This document shows positions 45,717 to 60,096 of a stretch of DNA of 64,000 nt, piece by piece. The translations under genes were made by a program, and so were the position numbers. Below the pieces are notes generated by a model that worked only from the letters and a program-made list of their open reading frames with translations, had not been told where the DNA came from and ran no database searches. This stretch comes from Eledone cirrhosa (Eukaryota). Location: NCBI GenBank assembly GCA_964016885.1, contig OZ024762.1, positions 13,392,001 to 13,456,000 on the forward strand, written 5' to 3'. Position 1 is the stretch's first letter. The number at the start of each line of letters is the position of its first letter.

Positions 45717-46253
45717 TTAGAATTGCTGCACTGAAATAGCGATATATATATGAATGTATATATAGTGTATTTTGCAATACACTGTATGCTTAATTAAAAG
45801 CATTTCGAAGACCTTACGCTATTGTTTTAGAGTAGTGACAGTCTCACTTACTCTAAAACAATAGCGTAAGGTCTTCGAAATGCTTTTAATTAAGCATACA
45901 GTGTATTGCAAAATACACTATATATACATTCATATATATATCGCTGTTTTAGAGCACCAATTCTAATTTTCAATTTCTGCTTGACCGGCAACCGCTCTGT
46001 ATAATCAGTTCCTGATTATTACTAGAATTCTATAAGAATCAAACATTCATGATTTTCAGCAAACAGGCGGAGTACTTAGCTTTGATAAGTACCAAAAAGT
46101 ACGAAACAGAGCTCTGTCAGCTTTATCTCCCCTGTTTGCTGAAAATTTAAAGTAAGTGAGACTGTCACTACTCTAAAACAATAGGGTAAGGTCTTCGAAA
46201 TGCTTTTAATTAAGCATACAGTGTATTGCAAAATACACTATATATACATTCAT
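45717..46253 (+). mobile_element. Retrozyme-like / PLE-derived element, family F: inverted arm + ~1.25 tandem copies of a 320-bp unit
   Basis: ctctaaaacaatag at 45851 and 46171 (period 320). 45717-45851 is an inverted copy. One HHR per unit. Flanked by (TA)n. Confidence 0.8.
46052..46146 (+). ncRNA. Extended type I hammerhead ribozyme with U3-A8 compensatory core (GUC site)
   Basis: agct-TTGATAA-gtac(caaaaa)gtac-GAAA-cag(agct)ctGTC-agct. Stem I continues through an internal loop into ggag/ctcc and a 16-bp helix (46052-46067 with 46131-46146). Predicted cleavage after 46118. Confidence 0.85.
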
Positions 46254-46255
46254 GC

Positions 46256-46312
<57 letters not shown>

Positions 46313-46315
<3 letters not shown>

Positions 46316-46575
46316 CAAGGGCAACCAAGGCAAATGTTGGTGCGCTTTCATCAGATAAAATATAAAATTTGTTTTATAAATCTTGACATTCCCGCAGAAG
46401 AACAACCTTGACGGTTACCGTCAAGGTTGTTCTGCGGGTATGTCAATATTTATTTATAAAACAAATTTTCTATTTTATCTGATGAAAGCGCACCAACATT
46501 TGCCTTGGTTGCCCTTGAAATATATATAATAAAATAATTATCGTTTTATAAATATAGTTTCCATTTATTAATATA
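46313..46575. mobile_element. Fold-back family A element (~100-bp arms centred at 46415-46416)
   Basis: 46313-46415 is inverted relative to 46417-46520 with small indels. Both ends run into (TA)n. Confidence 0.85.
46471..46536 (+). ncRNA. Minimal type I hammerhead ribozyme (family A)
   Basis: tattttat-CTGATGA(46479)-aagcgcaccaa...ttggttgccctt-GAAA(46517)-tatataTA-ataaaata. Confidence 0.8.
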
Positions 46576-46752
46576 ATATATATATATATATATATAAAAT
46601 CAACTGTTATGTATGTGTATATATATTATATCTATGTGTATATTACCATGCTTCTACACGAATACATATACACACACAGACAAACACACACATATATATA
46701 TGTGTGTGTGTGTATGTGTATGTTTGTGTGTCTGTGTGTATATATATATATC

Positions 46753-46786
<34 letters not shown>

Positions 46787-46798
46787 CACACACACACA

Positions 46799-46877
<79 letters not shown>

Positions 46878-46987
46878 TTAATATTCTCATCAGGTCTGAT
46901 GTAATGTCAAAATGTCGCAAAGAAAAGAAACACATTTCTGGAAGTCCTTTGTTGTTTCATATTTCTGTAATTTGGATAGGAATACTG

Positions 46988-47030
<43 letters not shown>

Positions 47031-47142
47031 CGTTACTGTGAATGTGCGGCGTGTGCGAGTGCGTGTGCTTGTGTGTGTTACTGTGAGTGTATGTGCGAGT
47101 GTGTGTTAGATTGTGTGTTAGATGTGAATTTATGTATATATA

Positions 47143-47190
<48 letters not shown>

Positions 47191-47238
47191 GTATATATAT
47201 ATAAATATAAATACATGTGTGTATATATATATATATAC

Positions 47239-47271
<33 letters not shown>

Positions 47272-48825
47272 CATACATACATATATATATACATATATAT
47301 ACACACATATATACATACATATATATATATATATACATATATACATATATATATACATATACATATACATATATATATATACATATATACATATACATAT
47401 ACATATACATATATATATATATATGTGTGTGTGTATGTGGCATTGTGTTAATGTTGAGAAATGATAGATAGCGGTGTTACATGTGATGATGGAGGTATTA
47501 GTGATGGTGGTGGTGGTGGTGGTGGTGTTGATGGTGGTGATGGTGGTGGTGGTGGTGGTGGTGTTGATGGTGGTGATGGTGGTGGTGGTGGTGGTGGTGG
47601 TGTTGATGGTGGTGATGGTGGTGGTGGTGGTGGTGGTGTTGATGGTGGTGATGGTGGTGGTGCTGGTGGTGGTGCTGGTGGTGGTGGTGGTGGTGTTGAT
47701 GGTGATCATACTAATGATGGTTGTAGTGTTTGTATCAGCAACTACAACAGCAACGGTGAGGAAGACTAACTCCACCACTACAACCATCATCACCACCACC
47801 ACCACACCTACCAACACCAAGCCTCCGTGCCCGCTATAACTGTCCCAAACTATACCCCCACCACCACCATCACCAGCACCACCACCACCACAACAACCAC
47901 TAACATTAACACTAAGACCACCACCACCACCATCACCACAACTGTCCCAACTACCATCAACACCACCACAGTCATCACCAGTTCCAACACCACCATCGCC
48001 ACCACAGTCATCACCAGTACCAACAGCACCACCGCCACCACCACCATTGTCCCAACTAATACCACCACCAACACCACCACCACCGTTACCACTACCACCG
48101 CCACCACCACCACCACCACCACCACCACCACCACCACCACCACCACCACCACCACCACCACCGTTACCACTACCAACACCACCACCACCACCACCATCAT
48201 CACTACCACCACCACCACCACCACCACCATCACCACCACCACCACCACCACCACCAATACCAACACCACCGCCATCAACAACACCACCACCACCGTTACC
48301 ACTACCAACACCGTTACCACTACCAACACCACCACCACCACCACCATCATCACTACCACCACCACCACCACCACCACCACCACCACCACCGCTGCAGCAA
48401 TTTTAACAAGTTTGAAAGGTTTGTAACCGACTAAAAGATTGCAAATGTTTGACATAGGAAGCAGTAAAGATAATAATGACTTGGTCAGGCAGCAGCGCCT
48501 CCTGGACAACATAATCAATTTTGACAATCTTAGTGGCATCAAAATTAGACGTTTCTAATAAACGTACAATAGTAGTTGTAGTAGTAGTAGTAATAAGGAG
48601 GAGAGAAAGGAGAGGAAAAGAGAGGAAAGAGTGGGGGAAGAAAGGGGAGAGAGGGAGACATAGAAGAAGAAGAAGAAGAAGAAGAAGAAGAAGAAGAAGA
48701 AGAAGAAGAAGAAGAAGAAGAAGAACAACAACAACAACAAGAAATAAACAAATATAAACTTTGGTCATGAAAATTATTTATTTTTATCGGTTTCTTGGCC
48801 TATTAGAACGAATGAAAAAAAGAAA

Positions 48826-48861
<36 letters not shown>

Positions 48862-48865
48862 AGGA

Positions 48866-48901
<36 letters not shown>

Positions 48902-49019
48902 AAAAAAAGAAAAAATCTAATTTAGAATTAAAATATGAAAATATATAAAACCTACACAGAAAAAAAAACATATAATAAAAAATAAAAAGAAGTGACGGGA
49001 TAAAGTAAAAAAAATGGAA

Positions 49020-49075
<56 letters not shown>

Positions 49076-49298
49076 TAATAATAATGGCTTCCATAACAAA
49101 GATAGTGATAATAATAATGGTAATATTACTACTACTACTACTAATATGATGTGAGAAATGATAAAAATGGTATTAGAAGTCACCTGAAATATATTGACAT
49201 ATCTTTAAACTATCTCTAAATTATATTTCTAAAAGGTGTAGGATGGATATATATATATGTATATATATATATATTAATCAATTTTGACATGTCTCATG

Positions 49299-49373
<75 letters not shown>

Positions 49374-49435
49374 GGTGGTGGTGGTATATGTATGTGTGTG
49401 AATATATGTCTAAATATCCATATATATATATATCC

Positions 49436-49502
<67 letters not shown>

Positions 49503-49523
49503 TATATATCCATATAAATATCC

Positions 49524-49555
<32 letters not shown>

Positions 49556-49602
49556 ACATAAATGTACACTCAAATATACATGTGTATTAATATATATGAA
49601 TG

Positions 49603-49650
<48 letters not shown>

Positions 49651-49877
49651 CGGAGGCCATATTATATATATATATATAGGAACGATCAACATTCGTCAAA
49701 TCGGACCGGGGAAACAATGTTTCCGTTAGTCAAAGTTAACCAGGAATCTTAAAAAAAATCTACCCACCGAAGTTAACAAAAAACTTTCTAGATCTACAAA
49801 ACCAAATTGTAAAATCATAATAAAATCTAATTGAATTGTTTAGAACTACAAGTGAAGTCATTCTTTCCCTTTCTTTC

Positions 49878-49952
<75 letters not shown>

Positions 49953-50789
49953 AGGTTCTAAGGTGAAAGACTAATTGTCAAAAAATATCTTTTGCATTTA
50001 CATTCTTTATTCTATGTCCATACCTGCATTGTTTTGGCTTTATTATACATATACAAACGTTTATATATATATATATATATATATATAAAGGGAAAAATGA
50101 AACGAAATTTCATTTCTCACTCTTAGTACGTGTTCAAATATATATATATACATACATACTTACACACACATATATATATATATATGAACACGCATGTATA
50201 TCCATAGATATATATATATATATATATATAGAGACATTTTAATTTTAAAATGTTACAAGAAAAGTACTCATATATAGAAATAGAGTGCAAATATTTATTG
50301 TAGTATCGTGAAATCTTGGAATTGCCTCTCTTTCCATCTATCTGTTTCACCTCTCTCTCTCTCACTCTCTGTTTATATGGATAATTACGTAATACGTATT
50401 AATATGGTCAGCTTACGACATCTGTCGATGATGCACGGTAGCATCCCAACGGAGAGACCAGAAGTTTCAAGTGGTTTTCCTGACTATTTTGTAGTGTACT
50501 AGTCTGAATCCTTCGAATATAATCGGATATAGTATTGGATAGTATTCACGAGAATTCTGCAATTGTCTCTCAAAATATATTGCTGGCCATTCTTTCACAT
50601 TCTTTCAGATTTGAAAACTCTAGAAATTCTTTTTAAAAAAATACTCAGTTTGTTGAAAATTCGTTTTTTCATCAAAGCAGTCATTACTTTTGAAATATTA
50701 CATCCAAAATATTGAAAAACAAAAAATACGGTATATATATATAAATAAATAGCTTTACATGAATACATATATACATATATATATATATA

Positions 50790-50842
50790 TACTTAACACG
50801 TAAAAATATACATACTTGCATGTAAGTACATATGTATGTTTA

Positions 50843-50935
<93 letters not shown>

Positions 50936-51064
50936 TACATACTTGTTTATAAGTGTATACGTATGCATATGTATATATATATATACATATATACACATAT
51001 ATATATACTTAACACGTAAAAATATACATACTTGCATGTAAGTACATATGTATGTTTATGAATA

Positions 51065-51113
<49 letters not shown>

Positions 51114-51165
51114 TATATATATACAAATATACATACTTGTTTATAAGTGTATACGTATGCATATG

Positions 51166-51180
<15 letters not shown>
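50790..51180. repeat. ~217-bp tandem duplication (2 copies) with internal (TA)n
   Basis: tacttaacacgtaaaaatatacatacttgcatg at 50790 and 51007. Confidence 0.85.
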
Positions 51181-51232
<52 letters not shown>

Positions 51233-51618
51233 TGTGTGTGTGTATATATATATATGCATATATATATATATATATATACATATATATACATATATATGCA
51301 TATATATATAAATACATATACATATATATGTGAAACATTGAAATACAAAAGAAAATACAGAATACACAGTATATATAAATAAATAAATAAATAAACAAAT
51401 AATTAAATATATAAATATATAAATAATTCTACAAATAAATATATAAATATATAAATCTTTAAATAATTCTATATATAAATATATAGAGGAAATCAAGAAT
51501 GTATATATTTGTGTTGAAGGTAATTTAATAATTAAGGATGTTGACAGATCATTAGTGAGCTAAAACGGTAAAATCGTTTATATACACACAGAAATATATA
51601 TATATATATTATATAAAC

Positions 51619-51649
<31 letters not shown>

Positions 51650-51801
51650 TGTATGTATGTATGTATGTATGTATGTATGTATGTATGTATGTATATACAC
51701 ATATATGCATACATACACATATATGCACAAATACATATATATATATATATACAGATATATATATATATATACATATATACAGATATATACATACATATAC
51801 A

Positions 51802-51845
<44 letters not shown>

Positions 51846-51866
51846 AATATATATGTTCATATATAT

Positions 51867-51907
<41 letters not shown>

Positions 51908-51933
51908 TTCATGCATATATATATATATATATT

Positions 51934-52026
<93 letters not shown>

Positions 52027-52109
52027 ATATATATATATATATATACATTTCTGTTTTTCAATATCTAAGTGTTTGGTAAAATTGATGTCTAGAATATAAA
52101 TTTATCAGA

Positions 52110-52330
52110 CACAGCTTACAAAGCTCTCATCTTTCACGTCTATGTCTTTTGAGGCATCCGTCGGTTGCGACGAGGAGAGACTACGAATGACCACAAACTT
52201 TACGTTTGCTCGTGTAATTAATAAGCAAGTGGCTGGGCATTCCACAGACACGTGATCCTTGAAAGGCAATTCTCAGGAAGATTCAGCGTGGCACTTTTTG
52301 ACAATGGTTATTCTTTGAAACACAGGTAAA
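52110..52330 (+). mobile_element. SINE body fragment
   Basis: aattctcaggaagattcagcgtgg...tttgaaacacagg is shared with 43865-43930. Identity as a SINE rests on recalled similarity to cephalopod SINEs. Confidence 0.5.
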
Positions 52331-53019
52331 ACTGTTTTTTTTTAAATTTCCCCCAAGGTGACTGAACTGGAGCTACATGAAATAAAGCAGACCTGTCAAC
52401 TGTCCCCGTCCGACGGTGAGGATCTTCCACCCCTTTTGGGCTCGGTGAGAGATGTCTTCTCTTGTGAAATGGTATAGATTTCATTATATAAAATCTCCCC
52501 AATTTGCCTCATTTCTCCCCGTTTTGGGGCACTTTCTTTCATGGTACTCCTCATTTGGGCTTTAAAGGTTGGCAGGTCTGAATAAAGTGTCTTGCTCAAG
52601 AGTAAAACAGGTCTGTTGCCGTCGAAATCTCAACCATACGATCGTCAGCAAAACATTCTAAGCCACTAAACACGAACATTCTCCACCAGTAGTCTCGTCG
52701 GGGATACACAAACGAGTGAAAACCCTCGGTAGATCTTTCCACAACATCTTCCACATCTGTAGGTGTCTTGTAAATGGATTTTCATCGATTTCGGCGATGA
52801 GCATTCCAGCTGTTCTATTAACATGTCTGCCTCTGGCGACACAGTGTAACTTTGAGGGGCCATATTGTGTGCCATGTTTAGCAAATATTAAGGACCTCCA
52901 TAGCAGCCTCGTTTTGGATTATTTAACACTATGGAAACGAATACAAATACAAATCAACGTTGTCATGGCAATCTCTACCACAACCACTACTACCACAACA
53001 GGTACTAATACTATTATTA

Positions 53020-53078
<59 letters not shown>

Positions 53079-53087
53079 CCACACTAT

Positions 53088-53145
<58 letters not shown>

Positions 53146-53693
53146 GTGATAATGATTTTCCTCGAGAGACATTTTTCCACTTTGGGTGAAACCGGAAATG
53201 CCGATACAACCGGAAATACCGGTAAAACTCAGTTAAAACATTGATTTCCGGTAAATACGATTAAAAAATGGATAACATGGAGACAGTGGTGGTGGTGGTG
53301 GGTATAGTGAAGGCTGTTGATGGTGATGAGGGTGTGGGTGGTTGTATTGGGGGCTGGTGGTAAGGGTGACGATCGTGGTGCTGATGGTGGAGATGGTGGT
53401 GCTGATGGTGTTGTTGGCAATCGGGGGCGGGTGGCGTGTTGTAATATGTTCAGATATGGAGAGAAGATGGGCTCTGCTAAGTTGGACAGCACCCAAGTCA
53501 TCGCGGCGTCCCTAAGCTTCCACAAACAGTTACGCCTACTCACTCACACACACACACACACACATATACACCATAGGTATTATAAATGCACACACACACA
53601 CACACACACATACACACACACACACACATATACATATATACAAAATAAGTGTTATAAATGCATACACACACACACGCACACATATGCTACGAA

Positions 53694-54150
53694 GTGAGAT
53701 TGAACCTGGAAAACTCATGAGTGGAAATCGAACTACTTAACTTCTTGTTCATAACTGCAACCTCATAGTAAAGATGTCGTGAGATTGGACCAGAAAATCT
53801 TAGAATCTCATGATTGGAAATCGAACTTCTTAATCACTCAATCAAACCTGCGACCACAGTATAGAACTACGAAGAACATAAAAAAAAAAAAAAAAATCGC
53901 CGAAGACGCCGCGAGGTGAGTTTGAACCTGGAAAACTTGTGATTGGAAATTGAGATTCTTAACCACCCGGTCATACCCGAGAATTACATACCCACATAAT
54001 ATAGAACTGAAAAAAAAACAACACAAAAGAAAACAAAAAGAAACTTGCTGAAGAGAGTTTGAACCTGGGAAATCTCAGAATCTCATGATTACTAAAGCAA
54101 ACCTCTAACCACTGCGTTATACCTGAGAACCAGAAACCACATACTATAGA
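53694..54150 (-). repeat. Four diverged tandem copies of a tRNA-SINE-head-like unit (~138-bp period)
   Basis: gag(a/t)ttgaacctgg (reverse B-box) near 53694, 53779, 53916 and 54054, each followed by ...ttaaccac-like reverse A-box sequence. Confidence 0.55.
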
Positions 54151-54176
54151 GCTGCCAAGAAAATAAACACACACAC

Positions 54177-54274
<98 letters not shown>

Positions 54275-55927
54275 TAAAATGACCACGTCTGTCGTGTTAC
54301 AATAAAGTTCAGAGGGACAATCTATTAAATGTTGGCGGTTTGCCCATCACGCAGTGGCTACTTCAACACATCACCTACTTCCTGATCAAATCAGTTTCCT
54401 CTTTCTTTATTATTTTATTTTAATATTCTATCTTATTATTTATTTATTATATAGTTTTTTTTTTTATTTTTATTTTTATTTTTATTTTGCAGCATTCTGC
54501 GTCTTTTACTGAGAATAACACCAAATTGTCTCAGTAGGTATCGAACACTGTCTTCCATATATCTTCGATAGGCCATCGATCTTTAGGAAAATGTTGAGCC
54601 AAAATAACCCCCCCTCCCCGGCAAAAGTATCATTGAAAAATCCCTCTACACACAACACCTGCTTGGAAATGAATCCCCCCACGTGCTTGTTGAGGTTTCT
54701 GAAAGATCGTAAGTGAGGTGTGTTTCGTTGTCCTGCTGTGTTCATATCCCACACCACTCCATTAATCTCCTAACTCCGGCCAAACACTCGTGTCCATCTC
54801 GTGACCATTTATTAGTGTTCGATCCTTCGTATTTCAGATATGTACTGACCGATGGAAACTTGGAACCAACCAAGTTATTGAGGAACTTATTGCGACATCG
54901 ATAAAATATGTCACCAATAACAACAACAACAACACACACACACATATATACACACACATGCATATAAACACATATATACACAAGTACATATGTACGCACA
55001 CACACTTATATACACGCACATACACACACACATATATACACGCGCATACATATACACACATACATATACATATACATATACACATACATATACACACATA
55101 TATATGCACTCGCACATATACACGCACACACATATATATATAGATATATATATATACACATATATACACGCGCACATATACACGAACGCTCCCCCATATA
55201 TATATATATACACACCTATTTACACACACACACACACACATACACACACCTATACGCACACACACACACATATATATATACACATGGTATAACGATATTA
55301 ACGCGTAGTTATATATATATAGATCTATGTGAAATAATGTATGTGTAAGTGTATGTACATGCGTGTATCTATGTGTATATAAGTGTGTGTGTGTATATAA
55401 GTGTGTGTGTATGTACATGCGTGTATGTGTATATAAGTGTGTGTGTATATAAGTGTGTGTGTATGTACATACTTGTATGTGTATATAAGTGTGTGTGTAT
55501 ATAAGTGTGTGTGTATGTACATACTTGTATGTGTATATAAGTGTGTGTGTATATAAGTGTGTGTGTATGTACATACTTGTATGTGTATATAAGTGTGTGT
55601 GTATGTTATATACGTGTATGTACACACGTGTATGTGTATATAAGTGAGTGTGTATGTATATACGTGTATGTACATACGTGTATGTGTATATAAGTGTGTG
55701 TGTGTACAAGTGAGTGTGTAGACACGTATAACTACATGACAGGTTATTTATTCAGAATGTTTATTATAGACAGTGACACGATGTAGTCAGTGTATCGATT
55801 AGTCAGGCTCTTCTATTGATTTCTCGAGTATAGTTAGTCAAAAGAACATTATATCTCTATTGCTTAAACAATCCAAAGACATGGGTCGCATCTCTGTTGA
55901 GTGAAGGGTAAAAGGTTTCATATGGTA

Positions 55928-56309
55928 GTTTGTTGCTGTCGCTGTTGTTGTTGTTTCTATTGTTGTTGTAGGTGTTGCTGTTATTGTTGTTGCTGCTGTG
56001 GTTGTTGTTGTTGTTGCTGTTGTTGTTGCTTGCTGCTGTTGTTGTTGCTGTTGCTGTTGCTGTTGTTGTTGTTATTGTTGTTGTTGTTGCTGCTGCTGTT
56101 GCTTGCTGCTGCTGCTGTTGTTGTTGTTATTGCTGCTGTTATTGTTGTTCCTGTTGTTGTTGTTGCTGTTGTTGCTGCTGTTGTTGTTGTTATTGTTGTT
56201 GTTGCTGCTGTTGTTGCTTGCTGCTGTTGTTGTTGCTTGCTGCTGTTGTTGCTGTTGTTATTGTTGTTGTTGTTATTGCTGCTGTTATTGTTGTTGCTGT
56301 TGTTGTTGT

Positions 56310-56341
<32 letters not shown>

Positions 56342-56658
56342 TTGTTGCTGCTGTTGCTTGCTGCTGTTGTTGTTGCTTGCTGCTGTTGTTGCTGTTGTTG
56401 TTGTTATTGTTGCTGTTATTGTTGTTGCTGTTGTTGTTGCTGTTGTCGTTGTTGTTGTTGTCGTTGCTGCTGTTGTTGCTGTTGTTGTTGTTGCTGTTAT
56501 TGTTATTGTTGCTGTTGTTGTTGCTGTTGTTGTTGTTGTTGCTGCTTGCTGCTGCTGTTGTTGCTGTTGTTGTTATTGTTGCTGTTATTGTTGTTGCTGT
56601 TGTTGTTGTTGCTGTTGTTGTCGTTGTTGCTGTTGTTGTTGCTGCTGTTGGTGCTTGC
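55928..56658. repeat. (GTT/GCT)n trinucleotide tract
   Basis: Direct inspection. Confidence 0.95.
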
Positions 56659-56785
56659 TGGCCTCGATGAGAGGCGAAGTTGTTGGAATAGGGGGAAAAT
56701 TGTTCTTCACAATAGCTGGTGAAGATTTTGAACCTAATAGGCGTTGGGTTTGGCACCAAATAGGCAGCGAATTAGACCCAAAAGT

Positions 56786-57170
56786 TGGACACTGACCAAG
56801 AGACACACTCAGATGGTGGATGGGTGCTACACGAGAACACTGAGAACGGCTCTGAACATTAATCAGTGAGCACTGAGGATGAAGAACGCAGAGCTGTACG
56901 GGAGCCCCCCAAAAGTCAGCTCGAACGTAACACAGAGGAGACCGAGGTTAGCTGGACTTACTCCCCGACATTCAGAGTTGACACAGAACTCAGTGCTCGT
57001 GTGGGAGCCCCTACATGGATACAATGGAAGAGAGAGACCAAGGATGACATATGTTGATGCCCAAAGGACAGACACTGGTATCTGGGAGCCGCAGGACTTG
57101 GCAGCGATAATGAGGGACAGAGACCGCTGGAGAGAACTCGCCCATGGATCTCGGGAATTTTACCCGCCTT

Positions 57171-57172
<2 letters not shown>
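56786..57172 (+). mobile_element. RTE-type LINE 3' end followed directly by (TA)n
   Basis: WTLTKRHTQMVDGCYTRTLRTALNIN*..., then ELYGSPPKVSSNVTQRRPRLAG...VLVWEPLHG...RPRMTYVD...DTG...MRDRDRWR. Confidence 0.85.
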
Positions 57173-57238
<66 letters not shown>

Positions 57239-58307
57239 CGGGGTTGCATACAGTTTGTGTTGGTCCAAATTTCATTCACTATGGCGTTACTAAACTCGAG
57301 GTTGCGGTATAAAACATGTAAAGACAGAAGTGAAAAGCCAAATTCGTTATGAAGCGAATTCCTCAAGCACGCAGCCGTTGCCTGCGTCTATATAATCGGC
57401 CAGGAGAGGGTTAATATAAAAGACGGCTGGCTTCGCATAAACGGAGCGAAACGTGTCATTTGTGTTGGATATAGCAATATAGAAGGATATTATGTCGGTT
57501 GAAGGCAGTGAGAGATAATTTCTTTCGAAGTTGTTCTATGGGAGAGAAACTATGTGACAGCTATGTAATATAACAGACACACACACTCCTGTACATGTAC
57601 ACACACACACAAACACACACTTCTTCACATGTACACACACACACACACACACACACTTCTTCACATGTACACACACACACACTTCTACACGTGTAATCAC
57701 ACACACGTCTGTACATGTACACACACACACACTTCTTCACATGTACACACACACACACACACTTCTTCACATGTAAACACACACACTTGTACACGTGTAC
57801 ACACACACACACACTTCTGTACATGTACATGTACACACACACACACACACTTCTTCACATGTTCACACACGCACACTGCTATACATGTACACACACACAC
57901 ACACACTTCTACACACACGTAGACACAGGTATGTACATACTCACGCACACACACCAGTATACACTTACACACGCACACGTACACGTATATACATACGTAG
58001 ACTCACACACACACACGCACATACATACACAGGAACACACGTACACATATATCAATGACATGCTGTACCTGGTATATATATCTGTGTGTGTGTGTATGTT
58101 ATAGTATGTATATGTATGTCTAAGTATAAATATGAACGTAAAATAATTACACAAGCAAACGCATACATATAGCACTGTATACACACACACGCACCCCCAC
58201 CCCCCACACACATGCGTTTTCAAATATATAGGGCTTCGTTGGAGTGTATAAATTTAATGTTAAGTTACCTCATGTGTGCGTGTGTATATATATTTATATA
58301 TATATAT

Positions 58308-58374
<67 letters not shown>

Positions 58375-59063
58375 CACACATATATATATATGTATATATA
58401 TATTCAGGCGTGTTTCTGTGTCTGTGTCCGTTTATGTGTGTGTGCATGTGTGTCTGTCTGTGTGCGTGTATATGTGTGTTTGTATGCGTGTGTGTGTGTG
58501 TGTGTGTCAGTGTGTTTATGTATTTGTTCCGTGTGTGTGTGTTTGTTATGTGTGTGTGAGTGTGAGTGTGTGTGCGTGTGTGTGTGAGTGTGTGTATGTA
58601 TGTGTTGTGTGTGTGTGTTTGTTATGTGTGTGTGTGTCAGTGTGTGTGTCAGTGTGTGTATGTAACTGTTGTGTATGTGTGTGTGAGCGTGTGTGTGTGT
58701 GTGAGTGTATGTGTGAGTGTGTGTATGTATGTGTTGTGTGTGTGTGTTTGTTATGTGTGTGTGTGTGTGTGTGTATGAGTGTGGCAATAATCAATTTTAC
58801 GATAATGGCCGTCGGAGCAAGGTGCTGTAGTGTTCCCTTCAGTTTTAATTTCCCGTTCTGTGGCGTTTCTTTTGTAGCTGTGTTCCACTTCATACTGTCG
58901 GCCATCTTGAGTAGCAACGACAACAACAACAACAACAGCAGCAACAATAGCAACAATACTACTGTAACCACTACCACGACACCAACAGCAACAGCAACAC
59001 TGTAACCACTACCACAACACCACCACCACCACCACCATCACCAACAACAACAACAACAGCAAC

Positions 59064-59094
<31 letters not shown>

Positions 59095-59169
59095 ATAATA
59101 CTGTAATCACAACCACTACCACAACACCAACACCAACAACATCAGTAGCAGCAACAACAGCAACAACAA

Positions 59170-59201
<32 letters not shown>

Positions 59202-59240
59202 CCAACACCAACACCAACAACACCACCACCAACAACAGCA

Positions 59241-59272
<32 letters not shown>

Positions 59273-59889
59273 AGCAACAACAACAACAATAGCAATAACA
59301 AAAGTAACAACAACTGTAACGACGTCAGCAACAGCAGCAGCTATCACAATTATCACACACACAGACACACATACATTTACACAGACATAGACACACACAG
59401 ACACAGACGCACACACAGACAAAATCACACACACACACTCACACACACTCACAGAGACACACACGCACACAGATATTGGCTCTCCCCGACATACGAATGG
59501 ATTTTGTTTCAACCAACTGGCCAGAAGTTAAAATGGCCGCAACTAACAGACCTCTAGGTATGACCAGGGGTTGGTGGAGTTAATGGTGGTGTAGGGAGGT
59601 GTAGGAGGGTTTGGTGGTGGTGGTGGTGGCGAGGTGGAGGCCGGAAAAGGGAGAGAGAGGGGTAGATGTAATACATGTATTCCTTCTATGTATTCCATTT
59701 CGTAACTAATATATTTTATGTCCAAGTTCGTTCAAGCATCTTCTTTTAATATAAACCAGTCGAGTCCATGTTGACAATCTCACCCATCCCTTCTAAATAT
59801 AATATATTTCTCTTGTGATTAAATTATACCAAGTTCCAATAAATGTTTGAACTTTAACAACATCAAAACTTCATTGCTCCTCCTTCAAT

Positions 59890-60065
59890 ATCCACCCATC
59901 ACCCGCCACCACCCATTGCCGGATCTCTTCCGCAAAAATTCGAAACGATTGCATGTATGTCGTCTGAGGAAATAGCTACACCGACGTCTACCCCGTGTGT
60001 GCTGGAGGGGCTGATATAGTGGGTATCGCTGGCTATTCTCCGCGGCAATGAGTTCGCCACACCTC

Positions 60066-60096
<31 letters not shown>

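Noticed and set aside
45873-45905. Second HHR in family F (GAAA-tgctt..aagc-ATA)
   Set aside because: It looks like a stem III plus AUA, but there is no CUGANGA or stem II upstream in any of the three copies.
52666-52884. Cys-containing ORF (YRCGRCCGK)
   Set aside because: Incomplete zinc-finger spacing and adjacent to SINE remnants; possibly a LINE tail but unsupported.
54480-54545. Strong splice acceptor (ttttattttgcag) suggesting an exon
   Set aside because: All three downstream frames stop quickly, and no partner exons were identified.
57420-57462. HHR-like gcttcg..cggagc-GAAAC-gt-GTC
   Set aside because: The CUGANGA box is missing and stem I is unpaired; at best a decayed remnant.
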